Positions 48,566 through 58,074 of a DNA stretch of 64,000 nucleotides are shown here, piece by piece. The DNA comes from an uncultured Chloroflexia bacterium (GTDB lineage: Bacteria > Chloroflexota > Chloroflexia > Thermomicrobiales > Thermomicrobiaceae), in NCBI GenBank assembly GCA_963739715.1, contig CAVUBN010000014.1, forward strand, positions 16,791 to 80,790. The letters run 5' to 3'. The number at the start of each line of letters is the position of its first letter. The stretch's first letter is position 1. The notes beneath the pieces were generated by a model. That model worked only from the letters and a program-made list of their open reading frames with translations. It searched no databases and was not told the DNA's origin. A program made the translations under genes and the position numbers.

Positions 48566-48943
48566 CCTCCAATCTCCTTGTCGCAAAGGACGCGGAAATC
48601 CTGAAAGCGAAACCGGAGTTCGAGAGGCTCCCCTTCGTTGACGGGTTCAACGTGCTGATGTCTGGTTATTTGCACGATAGCCTACCTCCTGGACGATAGT
48701 ACACTATGGTACGGTCTTACCAACCGAACGGCAGCGACAGAATTGCGTACCCTATCACCGACTTTCTGCTTTTTGGGGTTCGTTGTGGGGTTGCTTGGCT
48801 GTTGCTGGATGGACTTGGCCCTGAACCAACAGGTTCCTGCCGCTTTCTTGTTCGACTGGGAACAGTTTGAGAAGGCAGCCGACTAACCTATCAGGTGGAC
48901 CAATCTGAGGATCCGGTCACCTGGCCCAAATCCCTCTTGTGGC

Positions 48944-49807
48944 TCAGACAGAATGGAGGTTACCGTCGATCTGTCGCTCCAGCCAGGCGAGTAGATCGCC
49001 GGTGACCGTCTCGTGCCCGACATCGTTGTGGACCTGATGATAGGCGCCGGGATATTCATGCAATGTCTTGTCATCCGTTCCGGCGTTCGCCATGAAGCGA
49101 CGGCTGCCGTCTGGCCGTGCGATCCGATCCGCATCACCGTGCTGAATCAGGAGCGGCACGCGCAGCTCGCCAGCATGCGACTGGACCCAGGCGACGGTCC
49201 GTTCGGTCTCCGCTGCCAGCCGCGCGGTACCACGATCGTGCACGAGTGGATCGGCCCGATAGGCGGCGACGAACTGTGGGTCACGGGAGATCGCAGTGAC
49301 GTCCAGCCCGGTACGTAGTGAGAACGAGGGCCACGCGCGCGACATGATCCGAGCGATGGTCATCAGCGCAGGTGAGACACCGATCTCGCCAATCGCCGGT
49401 CCGATCGCAACAACACCGCACAGATCTTCCGGATAACGCAGGGCGTAATCGAGCACGATGATGCCCCCGAGACTGTGACCGAGGAGGAAGATCGGCTGGC
49501 TCGACTGCTGTTCGGAGACGAAGTGTACGAAGGCATGCAGGTCCTGCCGATAATCATCCCATGATTTGATGAATCCCCGCTGCCCGGGAGAGCGGCCATG
49601 GCCACGTAGATCGAATCCATACGTCACGAACCCTGCTGGCGTGAGACGTTCCACTACATTATCGTAGGCCCCGCTATGCTCTCCAATGCCGTGGACGATG
49701 ATTGTTGCGGCGCGCTGTGGGACGCTTTCCGCAGCCCAGGACTGTTGATACAGGGTCAGTCCGCCAAACCCAGCAAAAGTCCCTTCCCGATGCGCGATCC
49801 CAGCCAT
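48944..49807 (-). CDS. Alpha/beta hydrolase (lysophospholipase/monoacylglycerol-lipase-like)
   Basis: HGIGEHSGAY, nucleophile elbow GHSLGG, C-terminal HQVHND. Confidence 0.85.
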   Translation of the reverse strand: MAGIAHREGTFAGFGGLTLYQQSWAAESVPQRAATIIVHGIGEHSGAYDNVVERLTPAGFVTYGFDLRGHGRSPGQRGFIKSWDDYRQDLHAFVHFVSEQQSSQPIFLLGHSLGGIIVLDYALRYPEDLCGVVAIGPAIGEIGVSPALMTIARIMSRAWPSFSLRTGLDVTAISRDPQFVAAYRADPLVHDRGTARLAAETERTVAWVQSHAGELRVPLLIQHGDADRIARPDGSRRFMANAGTDDKTLHEYPGAYHQVHNDVGHETVTGDLLAWLERQIDGNLHSV

Positions 49808-49864
49808 TTACCCCTCCGAAGGCCACTCCAGACGAGTCGCGACATGTTGCCCATCCATCGACAC

Positions 49865-50743
49865 TTACGTCTGCTGCAGCGTGGGGACGCGCTCGATCTC
49901 CTGACGCCGGTCGAGACGCCAGATCGTCATGGTGCTATAACAGCCGCCAATGAGAACCGCGAAGAGATAGATGACGTAAAGCCAGGTACCAGGCCGGTGC
50001 CATTCGACTATCGTATGGAAGCGCGCCAACGCCACGAGCTGGAGCAGGCCAACGATGAGATAGGGGACGCTTCCAACGCGGCCGCGGGTCCAGTCCTTCT
50101 CCTGAAAGAACCAGAACGAGGCGATCGCGATGGTGAGGAAGACGGTACCGGTCGTCTGCGCCGTCAAGGTGGTCAGCTGCCAGGGCCAGAGGGACAAGAG
50201 CCGATCCGAAACCAGGAACAGCGTCAGACCGACGACGAGCGAGACGGCTGCATTAGCACCCAGGAGCAGGCGGATCCAGAGGGGCACGGGCGCGATCCTG
50301 TCAGGATCCCCACCTGGCATACGGACTTGCAGGACAACAAACGCCAGGATCGCGAATGGGACGACCACATAGACAACGAGCCAGGCCCAGGCCGCGACAC
50401 GCGGGCCAACATCGTGACTGTGGAAGTGGAATGGGGAGAGATGCATGAATGTTGTGAGGGTGATGAACGGCACGAAGGTCAACACCGCTGCCATCGCAAC
50501 ACGAACGTTGGCCCAGGCCGACTCACGCACGGAAATCAGGAGTAATAGCGTACCGGCCCAGAACCCACCACCCAGAAAGGCAGCCGAGAGGGGATTTCCG
50601 ATCGTCCAGGCGAAATATCGATCGGTGCGATCGGCAAGCACGTAGAGTTGCACGCCCGCGATGCCAGCCAGGATGATCGACAGAGTAAAGACGGCACGTG
50701 TAATGGGAAGAACCGGTTTCACCGCAGGGACGTCGGTCGTCAT
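49865..50743 (-). CDS. Hypothetical polytopic membrane protein (about 8 TM)
   Basis: 292 aa, hydrophobic throughout. No recognised family. Confidence 0.6.
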   Translation of the reverse strand: MTTDVPAVKPVLPITRAVFTLSIILAGIAGVQLYVLADRTDRYFAWTIGNPLSAAFLGGGFWAGTLLLLISVRESAWANVRVAMAAVLTFVPFITLTTFMHLSPFHFHSHDVGPRVAAWAWLVVYVVVPFAILAFVVLQVRMPGGDPDRIAPVPLWIRLLLGANAAVSLVVGLTLFLVSDRLLSLWPWQLTTLTAQTTGTVFLTIAIASFWFFQEKDWTRGRVGSVPYLIVGLLQLVALARFHTIVEWHRPGTWLYVIYLFAVLIGGCYSTMTIWRLDRRQEIERVPTLQQT

Positions 50744-51124
50744 CGTTTCCTCGAATCACACGAGCTACCGCGCGAGACTTTGCAGGCTACGGATCGAACC
50801 CGAACTACTCGCACGATGAGCCGATAACCAAACACCCCCGGACCAGGTAATCCAAGATGAATACTGTGCATCTCTGAATCGGTTCGGCTAGTCTACTTCA
50901 CCCGGTTTCTCTTTGAAAAGATCACCGACAGTGCTCTTTGACACCGTGGCCTGGATTATTCATCAAGCTCGGGAGCGGCCCATCTGATCCGGAAGTTGCG
51001 TGACTCATCAAGCACTTCGTGACCTGGTAGACGGGGCAAATTGGGTCTCATGAATGGTCCGGGCCTCGTCGTAGCCGGCTATCTTCAGACCGATCACTGG
51101 CTCGGACAGACCCGTCACATGCAA

Positions 51125-51149
51125 ATGGGCCGTCATAGTGACGGCCCAT
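51125..51149 (-). terminator. Intrinsic terminator-like hairpin after the metal ATPase gene
   Basis: ATGGGCCGTCA-cta-TGACGGCCCAT (11-bp stem) followed by TTTGCAT on the minus strand, 33 nt after the stop. Confidence 0.5.
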
Positions 51150-51181
51150 ACTTCTATTCATGCTGAGTTATGTCGAACAGA

Positions 51182-53590
51182 TCAATCAGACGCGAATGCC
51201 GGAACCGACATTACCTTCTCGATGTGCGGCTGGGCGAAGCGCAACAGCCGAAGTCCATTCATGACGACGAGGATCGTGCCACCTTCGTGCGCGACAACGC
51301 CGACCGGAAGCGGAACCAACCCAACTACCGCACCCATCGAGAAGAAGACAATCACACTCAGCGCGAAGATCATGTTTTGGGTAATGATCTGGCGAGCCCG
51401 GCGACTGAGCTCAACCGCATAGGGCAGCTTGGTCAGATCGTCCGACATCAGCACGACGTCGGCCGTCTCGAGCGCCACGTCGGTCCCGGCTGCACCCATG
51501 GCAATACCGAGCGTCGCGGTCGCCAGCGCTGGGGCGTCATTGACACCATCACCGACCATCGCCACCTTCACGCCTGCCTGCTGTAGCTCACGAATGACGT
51601 CGAGCTTCTCTTCCGGCAGTAGACCTGCACGCCATTCATCGATGCCGACCTGGCGCGCGATGGCTCGCGCTGCCCGTTCGTTATCACCGGTTAGCAGAAT
51701 CGTCTTCTTGACGCCGATGCGGTGCAGTTCCTGGATGACTGCCGGAGCGACTGGCCGAATCACATCAGCCACGGCAATCACGCCGAGCGGTTGGTCGTCG
51801 GCCATCACGTACATCGTGGTCTCGCCATTTTCTCGGAAGGTGTTCGCTTGATCGCTGAGCTTCTCCGGCAGCGCAACCCCTTCAACCTCAAACAAAGCAT
51901 CATTGCCAATACGGATCATTCGACCCTGTACGTTGGCACGGACACCGCGCCCCGGCACCGACTGCAATCCGGAGATGTCACCCTCATCGATCAGGCTGCC
52001 GAATCCGTTGGACTCAGCATATTGGACGACCGCCGTGCCGAGGGGGTGTTCTGATAGTCGCTCAACCGCTGCCGCGATCGAGAGCATCTCACGCTCTTCG
52101 ACGCCTTCCCATGGAATGACGTCGGTCACGCGTGGGCGACCAAGCGTCAGCGTACCAGTCTTGTCGAAGGCGATTGCCGTAATGACACCAGCGTTTTCCA
52201 GATGAACGGCGCCTTTGAACAGGATGCCTTGCCGCGCGCCGTTCGCCAGGGCCGAGAGGATCGACGCCGGAGTCGAGATGACCAGCGAACAGGGTGACGC
52301 GACGACCAGCAGCGTCATTGCACGATAAAACCACGCGTGAAACTCTCCGGTTCCAAAGAGGAGCATCGGTATGGTGAAGGTCAGCGTCGAGATGCCCATC
52401 ACTCCGATGGCATATGCGCCTTCGAAGCGATCGGTAAAGCGCTGCGTTGCGGATTTCTGGCCACGTGCCTCTTCGACGATGCGAATGATCTTCGCCAGTG
52501 TGCTTTCGTGAGCGACACGTTCGACGCTCAGTCGCAGCAGTCCGTGACCGTTAATCGTTCCAGCGAAGACATTGTCGCCGGTCCTTTTGCCGACGGGAAT
52601 CGACTCACCGGTGATGGGCGACTGATCGACCGACGACTCACCACTGATGACCTGAGCATCAGCCGGGATCCGCTCGCTCGGCCGCACCATGACAACGTCA
52701 CCGATCACCAGTTCCTCTACTGGGATACGGCGCTCTTGACCGTCCCGAATGACGAGGGCGTCTTCCGGGCTCAACTCCATCAGCGAGCGGATAGCCCGAT
52801 GGGTACGGCCAAGCGCAAAATGCTCGAGCGAGTTACCGAGGGAAAAGAGGAAGAGTAGAATGCCACCTTCGACCCAGCCACCGATGGTTGCCGCGCCGAT
52901 CGCTGCTACGACCATCAGCAGGTCGACCTCGACACTACCCTGTCTCAGCGCCCGAATCGCGTCTCGCGTGGCGAACGTGCCGCCAGCGAGATAGGTCAGC
53001 ACGTAGAACACAATCTGGACATTATGTGGGATCAGTCCAAGCGCACCCAGGCCCCATCCGTTGATCAGGAAGAGTGCGGTAACCCCGGCCATGACCATGA
53101 GCTTGTTTTCTTCCCACCAACCCTCTTCTTCTTCCGATTCTCTCTTGGTGGGGGGCTCAGATTCGCTCGACCGCACGGAGACGCCCGAGTCGCCGATCTC
53201 TCTCGAGATTTCTGGAAGCTGTTCGCGCGTGCCTACATACTCCACGCTCAGACTTCTACTGGGAACATTGGCGCTAGCCCAGATGATGTCGTCCCGTCCC
53301 TTGAGGCGCCGTTCAATGGCGACACTACATGAGCGACAGGAAACACCGTCCATTCGTAGCGAGCAACGATGATAGCGTTCACCAAGCTGCGCACCGACGC
53401 GCGCGGCAACGCGCTCGACCGCCGCCAGCGACACGATATTTGGGTCATACCTCAGCTTGATAGCACTTTGTTCGGTATCGAATTCAATTGCCCCGATACC
53501 TTTGTAGCCCGTCAGTGTCTGGAGCAACAGCTCCGCACAATGCTCTTCATCGCCGTCTTCCAGCGTTATCGGGATTGTTCGTTCGCGCAT
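51182..53590 (-). CDS. Heavy-metal-translocating P1B-type ATPase (SPC-motif subtype)
   Basis: HMA-like MDGVSCRSC, TM motif ASPCSLVISTP, DKTGTLT, GDGVNDAPAL. Confidence 0.92.
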   Translation of the reverse strand: MRERTIPITLEDGDEEHCAELLLQTLTGYKGIGAIEFDTEQSAIKLRYDPNIVSLAAVERVAARVGAQLGERYHRCSLRMDGVSCRSCSVAIERRLKGRDDIIWASANVPSRSLSVEYVGTREQLPEISREIGDSGVSVRSSESEPPTKRESEEEEGWWEENKLMVMAGVTALFLINGWGLGALGLIPHNVQIVFYVLTYLAGGTFATRDAIRALRQGSVEVDLLMVVAAIGAATIGGWVEGGILLFLFSLGNSLEHFALGRTHRAIRSLMELSPEDALVIRDGQERRIPVEELVIGDVVMVRPSERIPADAQVISGESSVDQSPITGESIPVGKRTGDNVFAGTINGHGLLRLSVERVAHESTLAKIIRIVEEARGQKSATQRFTDRFEGAYAIGVMGISTLTFTIPMLLFGTGEFHAWFYRAMTLLVVASPCSLVISTPASILSALANGARQGILFKGAVHLENAGVITAIAFDKTGTLTLGRPRVTDVIPWEGVEEREMLSIAAAVERLSEHPLGTAVVQYAESNGFGSLIDEGDISGLQSVPGRGVRANVQGRMIRIGNDALFEVEGVALPEKLSDQANTFRENGETTMYVMADDQPLGVIAVADVIRPVAPAVIQELHRIGVKKTILLTGDNERAARAIARQVGIDEWRAGLLPEEKLDVIRELQQAGVKVAMVGDGVNDAPALATATLGIAMGAAGTDVALETADVVLMSDDLTKLPYAVELSRRARQIITQNMIFALSVIVFFSMGAVVGLVPLPVGVVAHEGGTILVVMNGLRLLRFAQPHIEKVMSVPAFASD

Positions 53591-53668
53591 GTTCCCTCAC
53601 CATGTATCCGCTACGGAGATGTTCTTAGTTTGAGAAATCCAATTGAGAATGAGTCCTATTTCCATGGC

Positions 53669-53697
53669 AGCATACTGAACGTGCGCCTGCCTGTCAA
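53669..53697 (-). promoter_or_regulatory. Sigma-70-like promoter candidate for the metal ATPase
   Basis: Minus strand TTGACA, 17-nt spacer, TATGCT, about 75 nt upstream of ATG 53590. Confidence 0.4.
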
Positions 53698-53826
53698 TGG
53701 AATTCCAAACATTAATGTTGACTAATTTTCTCGGAATACACGCGGTTTTCAGACCAGTGGGTCCATCTGGCGCGTCAGTCCCCGGTTGACCGATTATGTA
53801 GATCTATGTGTCGCCGCAGGACTCCT

Positions 53827-54318
53827 CTACCAGACACGCAGGCTTAGCCGTTGCGTGTCGTTTTCCGTCTCTCGGCTGTACTCGAAATCGCTCCCCGCCG
53901 CCGCGGATCCAAACACGTCAAGTACCCGATTCAGTTCCTCACGTGTCAGTCCAGCCGCTGCCAGAAGCTCCTCATCACGGAGGATCACCTCGAAGCGATG
54001 CTCCACTTCATCACGAATGCGCTGACCCGGCAGGCTCTTAACTACGATTTCAGCTCCTTCAGGATTTACCGCTCGCGAGATAACCTCGCCGCCGATAGAC
54101 TCGACATTAAGTAGCAATCCGAGAAGCGCGCTCTCGACTCCACCACCAGGAACACCCATTGATAGTCCAGCCAAGCGTTCGCTCCAGAACTGTGTCAAGC
54201 CATCCACCGAGCCCTCACGATCCCTGGTATAGGACATTGCCGCTCCCACTAGGGAAAGCAAGAGTAAGCGGCACCAGGCGAGCAATTCATTCGGGGAGTA
54301 AGGTCGTTGCTGCAGCAT
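53827..54318 (-). CDS. Hypothetical protein
   Basis: 163-aa ORF with no recognised family. The true start may be the internal MSYTRD. Confidence 0.45.
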   Translation of the reverse strand: MLQQRPYSPNELLAWCRLLLLSLVGAAMSYTRDREGSVDGLTQFWSERLAGLSMGVPGGGVESALLGLLLNVESIGGEVISRAVNPEGAEIVVKSLPGQRIRDEVEHRFEVILRDEELLAAAGLTREELNRVLDVFGSAAAGSDFEYSRETENDTQRLSLRVW

Positions 54319-54404
54319 CCTTCACATCCTTTCCATCGACTTTGAGACCGTATCGTGACCAGACGTCACGAAAAGACAGAACATCGGTTCCAATTCCCGT
54401 GGAA

Positions 54405-54590
54405 TGTGGATAAGGTCGTACCACCTGTGGATAACATGCCATACCTGTGGAAAGACTTGTGTACAGCGATCGTTTCCTTTTGGATAACCGCATCAGCAGC
54501 GTGGGCAGCCTGGGGACAGGCCGGCATGTGACAATTAAGGCAAGGGACAGTCAACTAAATTCCTGTGGATCTGTGGAGAAGTAACCCACA
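54405..54590. other. DnaA-box cluster (candidate oriC or DnaA-binding locus)
   Basis: TGTGGATAA at 54405 and 54426 (both perfect), TTTGGATAA 54479 and TGTGGAGAA 54572 (8/9), TGTGGAAAG 54446, TGTGGATCT 54564 and inverted TAACCCACA 54582 (7/9). Confidence 0.55.
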
Positions 54591-54725
54591 GCATAGGGAC
54601 GGCATTTTTCCTATCTACAAGCGGAGAGGAACGACTTTTCCCCGTCTGCACAGGCTCTACGACGACCGACGAATATTCTTTAAAGAATAACTCTCTTAAT
54701 ACACAGTACTTATAGTGGCACCACA

Positions 54726-55706
54726 TCAGTAATAGATTGTTCGGGTGTGGTGATACGGACGCACATTGCCTTGAAGGTCCTGACCGACTTGCCAGAGCAT
54801 CCAATCGAGCTCAAAAGAGGCGAGGGACATACCGAGTCGCTCCAGGGCTTGTCGCAGACTCTCGACAGCCCAGATCGTAGCTGCACGGATTTCAATCTCC
54901 AGGGGATCGCCAGCCGTGATTTCAATCTGCCCATTGAGAACACGTAGAAGTGTGTCGTCATATTCAAGGACGTTTAGCTGATTGAGAACCTGGGGAACCT
55001 TATAGTCGGCGAACGCGGTAAGTTGGTGAAGATCGTTGAAGGATCCCAATCCTCGGCCGCCGAAGGAGCCCGCGAGATCGCTGGCAAGAATCTGGGCGCG
55101 CTTGTAAAACCGGACCTCATGTCCCTGGTAGGTTGTGATGTCGTTGAAAGATGGGAACTCGGAGACGACCCGTTGGACGAGATTGATGGCGCTGCCGGCG
55201 GCCTGGCGAATGAGGTGGCTGAATTGTCCGTCGTGGTGGTTGAGAAGCACGCGGCCAACTTCACGTAGGTTCTCGACGCGTTGTGACAGTAGCGGGATGG
55301 TGTGCTCACCAGCAAGAATCTTTCCCAGAGTAGGCTCGTCGATGGAAGCCAGAAAGCCAGCGTCAATCAGTGGAAGGCCCTGCTGCATGGCCCGGGTAAG
55401 CGCAGCGGCGAGTGCCCAGTAACCGTTGTATCGTTGGCCGTCGTGACTGACGATCCAGCGAGGCTCACCCCAGAAGCAGAAATTGAGCGCATCCAGCACT
55501 AGGATGAAATTAGCAGTCTCGTTCGCGCCACCACTCCAGTGAAGTTGATTGTCCCAGCCAACGGGAGTGAAGTGGTTGCGGGCGATCTTCTGGGCCAGCA
55601 GTTCGACCGACTGGAAGTTAATACTGACTGATCGGGCCTGCTCGACAACCAGCAGCGTGCTGCTAAGAACGCCAAGTGGATCTGGTTTGTCTGGGAGCGT
55701 CAGCAT
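54726..55706 (-). CDS. Queuosine-salvage protein family (DUF2419/Qng1-like)
   Basis: FILVLDALNFCFWGEPRW, YNGYWALAAAL, RFYKRAQILASDL, LTAFADYKVPQVL. ATG 55706 behind GAGGA. Confidence 0.8.
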   Translation of the reverse strand: MLTLPDKPDPLGVLSSTLLVVEQARSVSINFQSVELLAQKIARNHFTPVGWDNQLHWSGGANETANFILVLDALNFCFWGEPRWIVSHDGQRYNGYWALAAALTRAMQQGLPLIDAGFLASIDEPTLGKILAGEHTIPLLSQRVENLREVGRVLLNHHDGQFSHLIRQAAGSAINLVQRVVSEFPSFNDITTYQGHEVRFYKRAQILASDLAGSFGGRGLGSFNDLHQLTAFADYKVPQVLNQLNVLEYDDTLLRVLNGQIEITAGDPLEIEIRAATIWAVESLRQALERLGMSLASFELDWMLWQVGQDLQGNVRPYHHTRTIYY

Positions 55707-55823
55707 GTGAGAGTCCTCGAGGTACGACGAGCACGAGACAGCGCAACGAGCATAGCAGATGCCAGATTTATGTCGGTGCGGGAGAGTGGCGGTCACTGAC
55801 CGGCAGCATCGAGGAGATAGCAG

Positions 55824-56559
55824 ATGGCAGACAACAGCAAGATCGAGCAGTTCATCCGGCGCATGCCGAAAACTGAACTGCATATTCACCTCGAGGGATC
55901 GGTACGGCCGCGGACGTTGCTGGAACTGGCTGAACGACACGGCATGGTCTTGCCTGCGGGACGCCGAGATTGAAACGAACTGGGCCGCCGCGCGCTACGC
56001 CGCTCAGGTTGCCGGCGATGGAATCGTAGGAATTGGGCTCGGTGGCATCGAAGCGGGCTTCCCACCGGAAGATTATGTTGATATGTTCGACTATGGTCGA
56101 GCTGCAGGATTACGCAGTACCCCGCATGCCGGCGAATCGGTCGGGCCGAAGAGCATCTGGGGAGCGATCCACTCACTCAAGGCGGAACGGATCGGCCACG
56201 GGATCCGCGCTATTGATGATCCCGTTCTGGTTGACGAACTCAGAGAACGCCAGATTACGCTCGAGGTCTGCCCCACAAGCAATGTTTGCACCGGTGTGGT
56301 GGGGTCCCTGGCTGAACATCCGATCCGTCAGCTGTTCGAGGCAGGAGTGCCGGTCACGGTAAATAGCGACGACCCTCCAATGTTCGGTACGACGTTCCTC
56401 GATGAACAGCTACTTCTTGTGTATGAGTTTGAATTCAGCATTGCCGATATCGAACATATCAATTTACAGGGAATCAATGCGTCCTTCTTGCCGGAAGGCG
56501 ACCGACGCCAGCTCGACGCTGAGTACGTGCGCCTGCGGCACGAGCTTCGGATAGATTAA
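55824..56559 (+). pseudogene. add: Adenosine deaminase gene with internal deletion and frame change
   Basis: N-terminal 49 codons (MPKTELHIHLEGSVRP) stop at 55973. The C-terminal two-thirds (HAGE, RIGHG, CPTSN, NSDDPPMF) are in another frame. About 100 codons are missing. Confidence 0.75.
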
Positions 56560-57788
56560 GACCTCGATTGATCAGGTTGGCTAGATTGCGAGTGAATTTG
56601 CGGAACCCGCGCTTCCGGTCGATCCATAGCGCGAAGTGCTGGGACGGCTACGATCATCGCTGGCATCAGAAGTGAAAGTGCGGCCACTGAAATGAGCGCA
56701 CTCGTGAGACTGAAGATTTGAATGAGGTAACCGGCGAGTATGACGCCGAGCGGAGTCGCCAGTCGGTGGAGGGCGAAAAGAGCGCCGAAGACGCGACCTC
56801 GCAGAAGAGCGGGCACACGCTCCTGGTAGACGGTGAAGGTGAGCGGGCCGATGATCCCAAAGGCTATGCCGTCTAGGACAAGGGTAATCGCACTGAGGGT
56901 AAGTCCAGGGGTCGCTGCCAGCGCTGCCAACGCCAGGAATGAAATGCTGAAAGCCGTAATGAGTGCTGGACGCCGTGGCCAGCGGTGCCCCACCAAGCCG
57001 AAAACGATTGTGCCCACCAGCGCACCACCACCGTCAGCCGCGATCAGAACGCCGAGCGCGATCGAGCTATCGAAGATGCGTTGTGCGAAGACCGGGAGCA
57101 GCACGGCCATCAGTGCCGCGCCTACTAAATTGACATAAGATGCGATGAGGGCAAGTGACCGGATGATTTGATCGGCTTGGATAAACTGTATGCCTTCGCG
57201 CAATGCTGCAATGTACCGTCTTTCGGGCTGTCCTATCTTGGGAACTGACGCTGGGGTGAGTGTGGCTACCACGATGGCCGAGAGTCCGAAGCTTACGGAA
57301 TCGACCCACAGGACATTACGTGCGGAAATCGTGGCAATCAGGAGTCCAGCGAGGAGCGGTCCGCCGAGTGAGGCGAAGTTCCTGATTCCCTCATCCAATG
57401 AGGTGGCGCGTTCGAGCCGCATCTGAGCCAGTTCAGCAAGATCGGGTAGGATGCCGCCCCGAGCCGTTGACCCTGGAGTATTGAACATAGCGACACAGAG
57501 AATGAGAAGCAGAAGCTCCCAGAAAGCGAGACCGAAGACGTAATCGAATAGCGGAATGAGCACAATGGAGATTCCGCTGGCACAGTCGGCGAGAACGCTC
57601 GAGCGGCGAAAGCCAATCCGGTCGACGAGTGCGCCGCCGAAAAATGAAGAGAGGATAATTCCGGCTGCCTCGATCGCCCCGGCCAGCCCAACACGAGCTG
57701 GACTGCCAGTTGTTTGCAGCACATACCAGGGCAACGCCAGGAGCGCCAACTGATTCCCGGTCAAGGAGACTATGTTGGCACTCATCAA
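56556..57788 (-). CDS. MFS transporter (MFS_3/EntS-like)
   Basis: 12 TM helices. LALPWYVLQTTGS, GGALVDRIGFRR. Confidence 0.85.
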   Translation of the reverse strand: MMSANIVSLTGNQLALLALPWYVLQTTGSPARVGLAGAIEAAGIILSSFFGGALVDRIGFRRSSVLADCASGISIVLIPLFDYVFGLAFWELLLLILCVAMFNTPGSTARGGILPDLAELAQMRLERATSLDEGIRNFASLGGPLLAGLLIATISARNVLWVDSVSFGLSAIVVATLTPASVPKIGQPERRYIAALREGIQFIQADQIIRSLALIASYVNLVGAALMAVLLPVFAQRIFDSSIALGVLIAADGGGALVGTIVFGLVGHRWPRRPALITAFSISFLALAALAATPGLTLSAITLVLDGIAFGIIGPLTFTVYQERVPALLRGRVFGALFALHRLATPLGVILAGYLIQIFSLTSALISVAALSLLMPAMIVAVPALRAMDRPEARVPQIHSQSSQPDQSRS

Positions 57789-58074
57789 CGCATAGATCGG
57801 AGTTCGGCTAACCTGACCAGGCCTTACCGTGATGTCCCCTCAAATTTCATTGGCCAGTCGCCCCGTTGACCGTACATCACAACAGGCTAATTGGGAGTAT
57901 TAGGCTACCAGGGCAGCTTGAGTGGACCGACACGCAATTCTTATACTGTAACCTACATGTATTGTGCCTGGCGGTCGGCGGAAATCCACCAGGCGGTATG
58001 AAGGCTCCGAATGTTCTTCTTTGGCGACGTGAGAGACGCATGCCGCACATAATGTCGAGAGAAGCGAGGTTGCA

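Noticed and set aside
50786-50820. T-loop-like GGTTCGATCC on the minus strand, suggesting a tRNA or an att-site fragment
   Set aside because: The flanking T-stem pairs poorly. I could build no acceptor stem, anticodon arm or D-arm within about 90 nt. It is not a tRNA, and evidence for a tRNA fragment is too weak.
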